A stretch of 64,000 bases of DNA from IMG/VR virus record IMGVR_UViG_3300000117_000018, one strand, 5' to 3'. Both the position numbers and the translations under genes were made by a program. Below, one piece after another: positions 20,463-30,280 of the stretch (within the stretch, counting starts at the first letter, position 1; every line of letters starts with the position of its first letter). The notes beneath the pieces are model-generated. The model made no database searches. It saw only the letters and a list, made by a program, of their open reading frames with translations, and had not been told where the DNA came from. The stretch is from an uncultured virus (IMG/VR IMGVR_UViG_3300000117_000018) (taxonomy: Duplodnaviria; Heunggongvirae; Uroviricota; Caudoviricetes).

Positions 20463-20491
20463 ATTATATCATACTTTTGGAGTTTTGTAAA
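20463..20491 (-). promoter_or_regulatory. Sigma70-like phage early promoter on the minus strand
   Basis: Reverse complement reads TTTACA-17 nt-TATAAT (GGTTTACAAAACTCCAAAAGTATGATATAAT), the same consensus as the + strand promoters. Confidence 0.7.
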
Positions 20492-20536
20492 CCCCTAATT
20501 TCATTTATTTTCAATTTATTTTGCATAAAATATTCC

Positions 20537-20565
20537 TTTACAAATGGATGAAATTGTGTTATAAT
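20537..20565 (+). promoter_or_regulatory. Sigma70-like early promoter
   Basis: TTTACA-17-TATAAT with extended TG. Confidence 0.75.
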
Positions 20566-20600
20566 AATAGTATTAAAAATGAAATAAAGGATATAAACAT

Positions 20601-20798
20601 ATGGACATAAACTTACAAACTCACTATCGGGACTTTCAATCAATTATGGATACTGATCTTAAAATCAAATACCTTAAAGATAACATGGATGATCTATCAA
20701 CATATAACATTAACGTTCCTAATCTAATCAAAGGGTTTGAAACTAATCAATGGCCATGGAATCGTCCAAAACAACTAGGGGAATCTGAAACCGTATGA
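20601..20798 (+). CDS. Hypothetical protein
   Basis: 65 aa, SD AAGGA, follows an early promoter. Confidence 0.6.
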   Translation: MDINLQTHYRDFQSIMDTDLKIKYLKDNMDDLSTYNINVPNLIKGFETNQWPWNRPKQLGESETV

Positions 20799-21382
20799 AA
20801 CCAAAACAAAAGCCACACTATGTAAATAATAAAGAGTTTTCACAATCTGTGGTTGACTATGTGAAACTCGTAAATGATGCACAGGAACAAGGGAAACCTT
20901 TACCTGTGGTAACTGATTATATTGCAACTTGCTTTCTAAAGATCGCACAGGGCTTGTCACACAAGGCCAATTTTATTCGCTATACATATCGCGAAGAGAT
21001 GGTAATGGACGCGGTAGAAAACTGTTTGAAAGCAATTACCAATTATAATATTGAAGCGGCTACTCGTACTGGTAAGCCAAATGCATTTGCATACTTTACA
21101 CAGATATGTTACTATGCATTCTTACGAAGACTTGCAAAGGAGAAGAAACAGCAAGACATTAAGTTTAAGTACATTGAAAAAGCTGGTATTGAAGATTTTA
21201 TTATGGGTGCAGATACCGATAGTACTATTGACTCTACCACAAGAGCCTTTGTTGACCAACTAAGAGATCGTATTTCTGTAGTGCGCTCAAACGATGGTGC
21301 AATCAAAGAATTTGCAAAAGAAGAAAAGAAGAAAGAAAAGGCTCGCAAAGCGGAAGGCCTGGAACTCTTCATGGGAAACTAA
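20795..21382 (+). CDS. gp55: Late sigma factor gp55
   Basis: HYVNNKEF, YTYREEMVMDAVENC, NAFAYFTQI, KEKKQ. Confidence 0.95.
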   Translation: MKPKQKPHYVNNKEFSQSVVDYVKLVNDAQEQGKPLPVVTDYIATCFLKIAQGLSHKANFIRYTYREEMVMDAVENCLKAITNYNIEAATRTGKPNAFAYFTQICYYAFLRRLAKEKKQQDIKFKYIEKAGIEDFIMGADTDSTIDSTTRAFVDQLRDRISVVRSNDGAIKEFAKEEKKKEKARKAEGLELFMGN

Positions 21383-22444
21383 ATGAAAATAGCAGTCTTG
21401 AATGACACCCACGCTGGTGTTAGAAATAGCTCAGACATATTTCTTAATTATCAAAAGAAGTTTTACGAAGATCAGTTCTTTCCATATTTGAAAGAACATG
21501 GTATTACACAGATCCTGCATCTGGGTGATTACTATGATCACCGTAAGTTTATTAACTTCAAAACACAAAACGAAAATAGGAAGATGTTCCTTGAACCTAT
21601 GAGAGAAATGGGTATCACAATGGACATTATTCCAGGCAACCATGATGTATTCTATAAGAACACAAACGACTTATGTTCCTTAAAAGAGCTTCTTGGTTAC
21701 TATACAACTAACGTCAATATCATCATGAAGCCTACTGTAGTAGATTATGACGGTTTACGGATTGCATGCATTCCATGGATCAATAATGAAAATTATGAAT
21801 CTACTATGAAGTATCTTGCAAAGGTAGATGCTGATTGGGTAGGATCTCATTTAGAGCTTGAAGGCTTTGAAATGATGAGAGGCGTAACTAATACACATGG
21901 TATGAGTAAGAAAACGTTTAAACGATTTGAATGTGTTATGTCAGGTCACTTCCATACTAAATCAGCACAAGACAATATACATTACCTAGGTTCACAGTTT
22001 GAGTTTACATGGGCAGATGCCAGTGATCCTAAGTACTTTCATATTATCGATACTGAAGACCGCTCACTTACACCTGTCAGAGTAAATCAAACTTTGTTCA
22101 AAAAAGTCCTTTACAATGACGACAAAATGGATTATAATAACTATAATTGCAATGAACTAATAGATAAGTTCGTTAAAGTTGTCGTAGTAAATAAGACAGA
22201 TCACTTTATGTTTGATCGGTTTATTGACCGCATTCAGAGCATTGATCATCATGATTTGAAAATTGCAGAGACCTTTGACGAATATCTTGGTGAAAATGTA
22301 GTTGATGAAGGTATCTCTGTTGAAGATACTACTGAATTGTTAGACTCATATGTCGAAGCAGTTGAGACCGAGTTAGATAAGGAAAGGATGAAAGCCTTAA
22401 TGAGAGGTCTATATGTTGAAGCACAAAATAGCGAGGTGCTATGA
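21383..22444 (+). CDS. gp47: Recombination nuclease gp47 (Mre11-like)
   Basis: DTH, GDYYD, GNHD, SGHFH. Confidence 0.95.
   Translation: MKIAVLNDTHAGVRNSSDIFLNYQKKFYEDQFFPYLKEHGITQILHLGDYYDHRKFINFKTQNENRKMFLEPMREMGITMDIIPGNHDVFYKNTNDLCSLKELLGYYTTNVNIIMKPTVVDYDGLRIACIPWINNENYESTMKYLAKVDADWVGSHLELEGFEMMRGVTNTHGMSKKTFKRFECVMSGHFHTKSAQDNIHYLGSQFEFTWADASDPKYFHIIDTEDRSLTPVRVNQTLFKKVLYNDDKMDYNNYNCNELIDKFVKVVVVNKTDHFMFDRFIDRIQSIDHHDLKIAETFDEYLGENVVDEGISVEDTTELLDSYVEAVETELDKERMKALMRGLYVEAQNSEVL
22110..22138 (+). promoter_or_regulatory. Early promoter inside gp47
   Basis: CCTTTACA-17-TATAAT. Confidence 0.6.
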
Positions 22445-24156
22445 TTAGATTTAAGTCAGTTCAGTGGAAGAACTTTCTTTCAACTGGTAATAATGTAACA
22501 CGCATCGATTTGGTAAAGTCACCGTCCACTCTTGTGGTTGGTCAGAATGGTGCTGGTAAGAGTACTTTACTAGATGCACTTTCGTTTGGATTGTTTGGTA
22601 AACCTCACCGAGCGATCTCTAAAAATCAGCTAGTCAATACTATAAACAAGAAGCAGTGTATTGTTGAAGTTGAATTTGATGTTGGTGTACATAAGTTTAA
22701 GATCATTCGTGGTATTAGTCCTGGCAAGTTTGAGATTTGGCAGAATGGTAATATGATTAATCAATCATCAACTGCTCGTGATTATCAGAAGTTCCTTGAG
22801 ACTAACATATTGAAATTAAACCATAAATCCTTCCATCAAATTGTAGTGCTTGGATCATCATCGTTTATCCCATTTATGCAGTTAAACTCTGGTAACCGTA
22901 GAGATGTTATTGAAGATCTATTAGACATTCAAGTATTCTCTAAGATGAATAGTATCCTTAAAGATAAGATCTCTAAGAATAAAGAAGAGATCAATGATGC
23001 TAATTATCGTCTTGACTTAGCTAAAGAGAAAATTACCATGCAAAGAAAGTACATAAGGGATATTACTGAGATTAATGACGAAGTAATACGCGAGAAGGGA
23101 GTTCTGATTGAGCAGAATAGAGATGAATGGGTATCTTTACAATCAAGTAACACAGAATTGTTTAGCATAATCGAAAAAGAAGAATCTCCTCTAAATGATA
23201 GTCTGTCAACCTTTCATGACAAAAAACAGTCTCTTTTAGGATACTCTGCTCAATTTAAGCAACAAATGCAGGGTGTAGTCAAGGATGCAAAGTTCTATGA
23301 GGACAATGAAAATTGCCCTACTTGTCAACAAACAATAAATGAAGATTTAAGGCAAAATAAGCTTAAAAGTGCTAAAAGTCGAGCTAAAGAATTACAAAAA
23401 GCTATGGATAAAATCTCTAGTGAAGGAGCTGAAGTAGAAAGCTCTATTGGTAATATCAATAACGAGTTATCTAAGATCCGTGAGATGCATTCTACAATCA
23501 GTGCTAACAATATGGCTATTACTCGTTTACAAAAAGAGATCACTGCTTTAGAAGCTGATATAAATAAACTTACTGGTAGTGAAGGAGACTTAGGTCAAGC
23601 TAATAAAGACCTAAACGATTTCGTATCTGAACGTGATACTCTTGGTGAGCTTAAACTTAGGCTTATGGAAGAAAAAAGCTATTCAGATGCTGCCGGTGAA
23701 ATGCTAAAAGATACTGGAATTAAAACAAAAGTAATTAAGCAGTATCTTCCAGTCATGAACAAGTTGGTTAATCAATACCTGCAAGTTCTTGACTTCTTTG
23801 TTTCGTTTAATCTCGATGAGAATTTCAACGAGGTGATTAAGTCAAGACATCGTGATGCATTTAACTATGCATCATTTTCTGAAGGTGAAAAGCAACGTAT
23901 TGATTTGTCATTGCTATTCACTTGGAGGCAAATTGCGAAGATGAAAAACTCTACATCAACGAATCTTCTGATTCTAGATGAAACTTTTGATTCTTCGCTA
24001 GATCACGATGGTATTGATAATTTGATGAAGATACTTGGAACACTAGAAGATGATAGTAATGTATTTGTGATTTCGCATAAAGGTGATTTGCTGGACGGTA
24101 AGTTCAGATCCAAGATCGAGTTTGTTAAAGAGCACAACTTTTCAAAGGTAGCATAA
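22441..24156 (+). CDS. gp46: Recombination ATPase gp46 (Rad50-like)
   Basis: GQNGAGKS, CPTC hook, FSEGEK, LILDE. Confidence 0.96.
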   Translation: MIRFKSVQWKNFLSTGNNVTRIDLVKSPSTLVVGQNGAGKSTLLDALSFGLFGKPHRAISKNQLVNTINKKQCIVEVEFDVGVHKFKIIRGISPGKFEIWQNGNMINQSSTARDYQKFLETNILKLNHKSFHQIVVLGSSSFIPFMQLNSGNRRDVIEDLLDIQVFSKMNSILKDKISKNKEEINDANYRLDLAKEKITMQRKYIRDITEINDEVIREKGVLIEQNRDEWVSLQSSNTELFSIIEKEESPLNDSLSTFHDKKQSLLGYSAQFKQQMQGVVKDAKFYEDNENCPTCQQTINEDLRQNKLKSAKSRAKELQKAMDKISSEGAEVESSIGNINNELSKIREMHSTISANNMAITRLQKEITALEADINKLTGSEGDLGQANKDLNDFVSERDTLGELKLRLMEEKSYSDAAGEMLKDTGIKTKVIKQYLPVMNKLVNQYLQVLDFFVSFNLDENFNEVIKSRHRDAFNYASFSEGEKQRIDLSLLFTWRQIAKMKNSTSTNLLILDETFDSSLDHDGIDNLMKILGTLEDDSNVFVISHKGDLLDGKFRSKIEFVKEHNFSKVA

Positions 24157-24857
24157 TGCAAGTAAAACTAGTAAGTCACTCAGTTCCGACTGAAGAATAT
24201 CGTATACAAGGAATTGAAGACACGCAAGACTTGGTAGCATACACAGCTCGTGTATCTAATCCAGGCAATCAAACAAACAAGCAGACAGCCGATAAGCTTA
24301 TCAAATATCTAATGAAAAATGACCATTGGTCTCCATTGGAAATGGCTAGTGCTTGTTTGGAAATAACAACAACCCGTGACATTGCCCGTCAAATCCTAAG
24401 GCATCGCTCGTTCTCATTCCAAGAGTTCTCTCAGCGTTATGCTAATCCGGATAAAGAACTGGCAGGAGCTTTTGTAACTCGTGAAGCACGATTACAAGAT
24501 CCTAAGAATAGACAGAACTCTATTGAGATCGAAAACGATCCTAATATCCAGCTGGATGTCACAAAACAAGAATTAGTTACAGATTGGCAAAGACGACAGC
24601 ACTCAGTAACTAATGCAGCAAAAGTTGCTTATGAATGGGCCATTGAAAATGGTATCGCTAAAGAGCAGGCAAGAGCAGTGTTACCCGAAGGTATGACTGT
24701 TTCTCGTATGTATATGAATGGTACCCTTAGATCATGGGCTCATTTCATTAGCTTACGATCAGGAAATGGAACACAAAAAGAATGCATGGAAGTAGCAAAG
24801 GCATCAGCAAAGGCACTAGAACCAATCTTTCCGATGATAACAGACTTCGTAAAGTAA
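24156..24857 (+). CDS. thyX: Flavin-dependent thymidylate synthase
   Basis: HWSPLE, RHRSFSFQEFSQRY, EQARAVLP. Confidence 0.95.
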   Translation: MQVKLVSHSVPTEEYRIQGIEDTQDLVAYTARVSNPGNQTNKQTADKLIKYLMKNDHWSPLEMASACLEITTTRDIARQILRHRSFSFQEFSQRYANPDKELAGAFVTREARLQDPKNRQNSIEIENDPNIQLDVTKQELVTDWQRRQHSVTNAAKVAYEWAIENGIAKEQARAVLPEGMTVSRMYMNGTLRSWAHFISLRSGNGTQKECMEVAKASAKALEPIFPMITDFVK

Positions 24858-24863
24858 CATATA

Positions 24864-24910
24864 CTCAAAGGGACTGGGACCGAACTGTCGGTTGGGGCTC
24901 AGTCCCTGAG
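24864..24910 (+). other. GC-rich long stem-loop after thyX
   Basis: AGGGACTGGG/CTCAGTCCCT outer stem plus ACCGA-ACTG-TCGGT inner stem; no U-run. Confidence 0.55.
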
Positions 24911-24952
24911 AAATATAAATTGAAAAAAAGTGAAAAAAAATCAAAATAGTCC

Positions 24953-24981
24953 TTTACAATTACGCAAAAGTGTGATAGAAT
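24953..24981 (+). promoter_or_regulatory. Early promoter
   Basis: TTTACA-17-TAGAAT. Confidence 0.7.
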
Positions 24982-25027
24982 ATACATAATGGAAAATTAA
25001 AAGTTTTCTGTTAAATGGAAGGAGACT

Positions 25028-27175
25028 ATGATGATTGCAAATAACTCAAAATCGATATTGGCTAAACTATTAGCTAAAGAGAACATTAGTATAGTTCATG
25101 GTAACTATAGGACTGCTTTCTTTGATGTTGAAAATCGTACCCTAGGTTTACCACTATGGAATAACCTTGAAGATGTATATGACCTACTGGTCGGACATGA
25201 AGTGGGTCACGCTCTTGAAACACCACCTGAAGGCTGGCATGATGCTGATGTAGAAATACCTGGTTGTCCTCGTAGCTACATCAATGTTGTAGAAGATGTT
25301 CGTATCGAAAAGTTAATTCAACGTCGCTATCCTGGTTTGGTATCATGCTTTAAGCGTGGTTATCAAAAGCTACATGATGATGACTTCTTTGGTGTTAATG
25401 AAATACCAGAGTTAACTTCTGATTATGTAAACTTGATTGATAGGATTAATCTAAAAGCTAAGCTACGTGAACTAATCACTGTTGAATTTACAAATAGTGA
25501 AAGGGATCTAGTTAATGAAGTCTTTGCAGTGGAAACTTGGGAAGACGTGCTTGAGGCTTGTAGAAAGCTTTATGCACATGCGTTAGAAAATCAAACAAAG
25601 TCTCCTTCCATGCCTAATAATAGCAATGAGGAACAAAATGAAAATATGGACCCGACTGCTGAGACATCTGAGACTAATTCTAATAAACCTAGAAGCATGG
25701 ATGATAATGATGAAGGTGAAGCGGAAAGTCAAAAAAGCGCAAGCAGCTCGAATGAAGAAACAGATGACGAAGCAGATGAGACAACAAATGAAGAAACCTT
25801 AAGTAACGAAGGTGGAAATGATTATGATCAAACTGAATCTCAGACCGATAAAGCTTTTCGTGATAATGAGCATAAGCTTTTAGATCAAGATGAAGATGGT
25901 AGAGTTGTAGATGTATGCAATGGTTTTACTGAAACTCAGATCTCTGAAATGATGTTAGACTATTCATATGTTGAAAAGTGTAGAGATAATATTGATACAC
26001 ACTGTACTTATGATTATAGAGAAACTCGTTACCGTAAATCAGCCGATGACTCTTTTGATGATTTTATGAGTGAGAATAAGAAGATCGTTCAAATCATGGC
26101 TAAAGAGTTTGAAATGCGTAAGGCAGCTTGGAGATCTACAAGAGCCCAAACTGCTCGTTCAGGTTCTTTAGATGTTAATAAGTTGTATGCATATAAGTAC
26201 ACTGATGACATCTTTAAGCGTATGACTAATTTACCTGATGCTAAAAACCATGGTATGTTTATGATGGTTGACTATTCTGGTTCAATGTCAAATACACTTG
26301 GTTCTGTTATCAAGCAAATTTTAGTGCTTACAATGTTCTGCCGTAAGGTTAACATTCCATATGAAGTGATTGGCTTTACATCCCAGCGTGGTAGCCGTTT
26401 GGAGAATGCTTATATTCCATACGGAAGTGTAGATCATCGTGATGTTAAACTTATCCCACTTGCTTCTTCTTCTCTTAAGAAAGCTGATCAAGATAAGTGC
26501 ATCCGTCAGTTATATAATAACTGCTACAGATTAGATAACAGGATCTATCCATATCAATCAGCTGCTGAAGAATTTGGTGGTACACCACTAGATGAAGCTC
26601 TAATGGCTGTTCCTAGTTTGATCAATAAGTTCACTAAGAAGTACAATATTCAAAAGACTAATTTCGTACTTCTAACAGATGGAGCTGGTGGCAGAATTAG
26701 TGTTAAACGTCATGAAAAAGAAATGCTTGTAGATAGTTATAACCGTGCTGGATATGCTATCAACGTAAGCGGTAACTTGGTTAAGACAGACAAACGTGAC
26801 AGACTTACTTCTGCTCTTTTAACTAATCTTAAGAAACACTACTGTTCTTCTATTACTGGTTACTTCTTAGCTAATGCTAGACACGACTTCAATTATGCTT
26901 TATCACAGGCAAATAATACTATTTCGTGGGATGAGACTAATCAAGCTCGTAGAACATTCATGAAACAAAAGTTCTATGCAATGGACAATGTATTGGGTTA
27001 TGACCGTTATTTCATACTTCGTAATGATCGTAAATCACTTGATACAACTAATGAAGATTTTGAAGTACGTGATAATGCTAAGAAAGGTGAGATAGCTAGA
27101 GCATTTAAGAAGTATGCTGGTTCAAAGAAAGCTAATAGAACATTAGCAGTTAAGTTCGCCGAGACGGTCGCATAG
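25028..27175 (+). CDS. CobT-like protein: HExxH metallopeptidase-like domain, acidic linker, vWA domain
   Basis: GHEVGHAL, NVVEDVRIE, MIDAS DYSGSM, GGTPL, LTDG; partner of the downstream AAA ATPase. Confidence 0.8.
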   Translation: MMIANNSKSILAKLLAKENISIVHGNYRTAFFDVENRTLGLPLWNNLEDVYDLLVGHEVGHALETPPEGWHDADVEIPGCPRSYINVVEDVRIEKLIQRRYPGLVSCFKRGYQKLHDDDFFGVNEIPELTSDYVNLIDRINLKAKLRELITVEFTNSERDLVNEVFAVETWEDVLEACRKLYAHALENQTKSPSMPNNSNEEQNENMDPTAETSETNSNKPRSMDDNDEGEAESQKSASSSNEETDDEADETTNEETLSNEGGNDYDQTESQTDKAFRDNEHKLLDQDEDGRVVDVCNGFTETQISEMMLDYSYVEKCRDNIDTHCTYDYRETRYRKSADDSFDDFMSENKKIVQIMAKEFEMRKAAWRSTRAQTARSGSLDVNKLYAYKYTDDIFKRMTNLPDAKNHGMFMMVDYSGSMSNTLGSVIKQILVLTMFCRKVNIPYEVIGFTSQRGSRLENAYIPYGSVDHRDVKLIPLASSSLKKADQDKCIRQLYNNCYRLDNRIYPYQSAAEEFGGTPLDEALMAVPSLINKFTKKYNIQKTNFVLLTDGAGGRISVKRHEKEMLVDSYNRAGYAINVSGNLVKTDKRDRLTSALLTNLKKHYCSSITGYFLANARHDFNYALSQANNTISWDETNQARRTFMKQKFYAMDNVLGYDRYFILRNDRKSLDTTNEDFEVRDNAKKGEIARAFKKYAGSKKANRTLAVKFAETVA

Positions 27176-27242
27176 CTCAGCTGGATAGAGCGCTGGTCTA
27201 CGAAACCAGAGGCCGGGAGTTCGAATCTCTCTGCGACCACCA
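27166..27242 (+). tRNA. tRNA-Arg (anticodon ACG)
   Basis: Acceptor stem GGTCGCA/TGCGACC, D arm, anticodon arm CTGGT-CTACGAA-ACCAG, TTCGAAT loop, encoded CCA. Confidence 0.95.
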
Positions 27243-27272
27243 AAAAAAAGTAAATTATATTGAAAATAATCC

Positions 27273-27301
27273 TTTACAATGGGCAAAAAGTATGATATAA
27301 T
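27273..27301 (+). promoter_or_regulatory. Early promoter
   Basis: TTTACA-17-TATAAT. Confidence 0.8.
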
Positions 27302-27346
27302 ATACTTACAAAATGGAAAAAGACTACTTGATTTGGAGACTATATT

Positions 27347-28519
27347 ATGAACAAAGAACTTACATTTTCACAAAGAGCACTGCTCGAAAAGGTTGCGTCA
27401 ACTTATCCTTCAAAGGTAGAGTTTCGTAAACCTGAACTTAAGATTATTGCTGATCAAATGAGTATCTCTCATAAAGACGTAGACCGGATTTTCAATCTTG
27501 GCTCTAAAGTTCGTTATGGTGTATATAACTTGCAAGCACAAATCTTGCCTTTTCAAAATAAACCTACTACTCAGGAGAAGCCTCAAGTGCCAACTAACGT
27601 TCAATCAATTATGAACGATGAGATCTTCATTCCAAGTGTAGATCAGTACTTTGTACAGTGGGGTCATTTTAGTGATATCAAAGCTATTATTGCCTCTAAT
27701 TCTTTCTATCCAACTTATGTTACAGGTCTTTCAGGTAATGGTAAGACTATGATGATTGAGCAAGCTTGTGCTAAAGCAGGTAAGCATTACATCAGAGTTC
27801 AAATCACTCCTGAAACTGACGAAGATGATTTGATTGGTGGATTCCGTTTGGTCAATGGTGAAACCGTTTTTGCCGAAGGCCCAGTCATTAAAGCTATGAA
27901 ACAAGGCGCGTTACTTCTTATTGACGAGCTTGATCGTGGTTCAAATAAGATTATGTGTCTTCAGGGTGTCCTTGAAGGTAAGCCTGTTCTTATTAAAAAG
28001 ACTGGTGAAGTTGTAACACCTGCCTCAGGGTTTAACGTTATGGCTACCGCAAACACTAAAGGTAAAGGATCAGAAGATGGTCGGTTCATTGCAGCCAATA
28101 TCATTGATGAAGCTTTCCTTGAAAGGTTTACAATCACAATGGAACAACCTTATCCTACTTCTGGTACTGAAAAGCGTATCATTGTTAAGCATATGGAAAA
28201 GTTTAATAAGAAAGATACTGAATTCGCAGAGCTACTTACTATCTGGTCTGAAACGATTCGTAAAACATTTGAAGACGGTGGTGTAGATGATCTAGTCTCT
28301 ACAAGACGTCTTTGTCATATTGTTCAAACATATTCGATCTTTGGTGATCGTAATAAAGCTATTGAGCTTTGCGTTAATAGATTTGATCAAGATACTAAAG
28401 ATGCCTTTATTGATCTATATCAAAAAGTGGATGGTACAACTAATGTTGGCGAAGCAGATCTAACAGATATACGTGCACAACATGATGCACTTAACGACAT
28501 AATTGAGGAAATCGTATAA
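27347..28519 (+). CDS. cobS: CobS/MoxR-like AAA+ ATPase
   Basis: GLSGNGKT, LLIDELD, ATANTKG, AFLERF, STRRL. Confidence 0.85.
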   Translation: MNKELTFSQRALLEKVASTYPSKVEFRKPELKIIADQMSISHKDVDRIFNLGSKVRYGVYNLQAQILPFQNKPTTQEKPQVPTNVQSIMNDEIFIPSVDQYFVQWGHFSDIKAIIASNSFYPTYVTGLSGNGKTMMIEQACAKAGKHYIRVQITPETDEDDLIGGFRLVNGETVFAEGPVIKAMKQGALLLIDELDRGSNKIMCLQGVLEGKPVLIKKTGEVVTPASGFNVMATANTKGKGSEDGRFIAANIIDEAFLERFTITMEQPYPTSGTEKRIIVKHMEKFNKKDTEFAELLTIWSETIRKTFEDGGVDDLVSTRRLCHIVQTYSIFGDRNKAIELCVNRFDQDTKDAFIDLYQKVDGTTNVGEADLTDIRAQHDALNDIIEEIV

Positions 28520-28896
28520 TGGTAGAATATAAATTCAATGAAGGCACTCTTATCAGAGAACTAAAAGAGTATATTGACGGAACTTACAATGGTCACTACT
28601 CAAAGAATAAATTTCAATCAACTGAATTTATTATTGACTGTGGTCATGGTATGGGATTCGCTTTAGGTAATGTTCTAAAGTATGCCCAAAGGTATGGTAA
28701 GAAAGATGGTGCAAACCGTAAAGATATTATGAAAATCTTACACTATGCACTTATTGCTTTGCATCAACATGATGAAGATCATAAAGAAGATCCTTATGAA
28801 AAAGGTCAAGCTGAATGCACTTTTGGGGTTTACAATTCGCCTCAAATGGTATATAATACTAATTACAATATGAAAATCAATGGAGATACTAAATAA
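28519..28896 (+). CDS. DUF3310-like protein (T7 gp1.7-related nucleotide kinase family)
   Basis: HY...GFALGNVLKY..RYGKK.G....DIMKILHY. Confidence 0.6.
   Translation: MVEYKFNEGTLIRELKEYIDGTYNGHYSKNKFQSTEFIIDCGHGMGFALGNVLKYAQRYGKKDGANRKDIMKILHYALIALHQHDEDHKEDPYEKGQAECTFGVYNSPQMVYNTNYNMKINGDTK
28829..28857 (+). promoter_or_regulatory. Early promoter upstream of gp45
   Basis: TTTACA-17-TATAAT. Confidence 0.65.
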
Positions 28897-29579
28897 TGAA
28901 ACTATCTAATGAAACCCGCGACGTGTTGAAAAACTTCGCATCAATCAATTCAAATATCGTATTCAACGGTGGAAATGAAATTAAGACTATGAGCGAGGCA
29001 AAAAACATTATGTCTACCGCCACAGTTGCTGAAACTTTCCCCGACAATCTATTAGGTATCTATGACCTAAACGAGTTCCTCGGAGTCCTAAGCATGTTTG
29101 ATGACCCTGAGTTGCAGTTCTCACCTGATTATAAATCTGTCAAAATTGTGCAGGAACGTAAATCAGTTAATTACTACTTCTCGGATCCTTCCATTTTAAC
29201 ATCTCCATCAAAGGTCATTACCATGCCGGACCCTGAGGTTACACTTACGCTGACTGCCGATAATATCGCCCAAATGCGAAAGGCAGCGTCAGCTCTTGGA
29301 GTTAGCGATGTAGTCATCACTGCTAATCCAGGCGATGCACACATCACTATTCGAGTAACTGATGTGGAAGATGCTACGGCCAACAACTTTGAGCTGTCAG
29401 TCGATGGACCCCCAGCGAGTGCTCCATATCGATTCATCTTTAATATCGCTAACTTCAAGATTATTCAAGGTGACTATAATGTCAAAATCTCGTCCAAACT
29501 AATTTCTAGTTGGACTAATACTGACACAGCGGTAGAATACTTTATCGCTTTGGAAAAGGCTTCTAACTATGGAGGATAA
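28896..29579 (+). CDS. gp45: Sliding clamp gp45
   Basis: MKLSNET..VLKNFASIN, IYDLNEFL, YFIALE. Confidence 0.95.
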   Translation: MKLSNETRDVLKNFASINSNIVFNGGNEIKTMSEAKNIMSTATVAETFPDNLLGIYDLNEFLGVLSMFDDPELQFSPDYKSVKIVQERKSVNYYFSDPSILTSPSKVITMPDPEVTLTLTADNIAQMRKAASALGVSDVVITANPGDAHITIRVTDVEDATANNFELSVDGPPASAPYRFIFNIANFKIIQGDYNVKISSKLISSWTNTDTAVEYFIALEKASNYGG

Positions 29580-29583
29580 TAAT

Positions 29584-29817
29584 ATGGCTGAAGCACCACA
29601 ACTAAATGTTAATGATCTTTTTTCAGTTGTAAAGATTATTGATGCATGCTCTGAACGAGGAGCGTTTAAAGGTAATGAATTGGCATCTGTTGGAGCTGTA
29701 CGAGAACGTATTGCTGCCTTTGCCGAAGCAAACAAACCAGTGGAGGAAAGTAATGAAGACCTTGGTGATACTGACGACGGGGATGCTTTTGTCGACACAG
29801 ACATTAGCGACGACTAA
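29584..29817 (+). CDS. Hypothetical protein
   Basis: SD GGAGG; IIDACSERGAFKGNEL. Confidence 0.65.
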   Translation: MAEAPQLNVNDLFSVVKIIDACSERGAFKGNELASVGAVRERIAAFAEANKPVEESNEDLGDTDDGDAFVDTDISDD

Positions 29818-30274
29818 TTGTAAGTACACACACCAAGTAGGTGGAAACTTTACGCATAAGATTGAGTCAATGACCAATTATCAGCGTAAGGTTTTCCCTT
29901 ACATAGAAGATACCAGAGCTTGTGTAGTTTCAATGAATGTTAAAATTGAAGGAACAGAATATCACACTAAAGGTAAATTCGTATTTGGTCCTGATCAAAC
30001 TGAAACAAATGCTTGTATGCATGCTGAGGTAAGGGCTAAAGAGAATATTATTAAAATTGTTTCACCTGAAATACTAACTGGTACTACAACCATGGATTGT
30101 ACTCCAGATGAAACACCCGTAGTAGTAAGTCAAAAAGACGAAGTAATTGATTTTACTGAGACTGAAGACTTTATGAAAGGTTGGGCAAAACCAGTTCCAC
30201 AAAAGTCGAATAGAGTATTCAACTTTGGAAACATGGCTAGTAGCATTGGGTTGCTAGTGACTATATTGAAGTAG
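29753..30274 (+). CDS. Predicted exported protein (signal peptide, several Cys)
   Basis: SD GGAGG before ATG 29753; MKTLVILTTGMLLSTQTLA leader; hydrophobic C-terminus. Confidence 0.55.
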   Translation: MKTLVILTTGMLLSTQTLATTNCKYTHQVGGNFTHKIESMTNYQRKVFPYIEDTRACVVSMNVKIEGTEYHTKGKFVFGPDQTETNACMHAEVRAKENIIKIVSPEILTGTTTMDCTPDETPVVVSQKDEVIDFTETEDFMKGWAKPVPQKSNRVFNFGNMASSIGLLVTILK

Positions 30275-30280
30275 TATATT

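Noticed and set aside
25028..28519. cobS/cobT as cobalamin biosynthesis genes
   Set aside because: No cobN or other cob genes; AAA+/vWA pairs of this kind are routine in marine T4-like phages.
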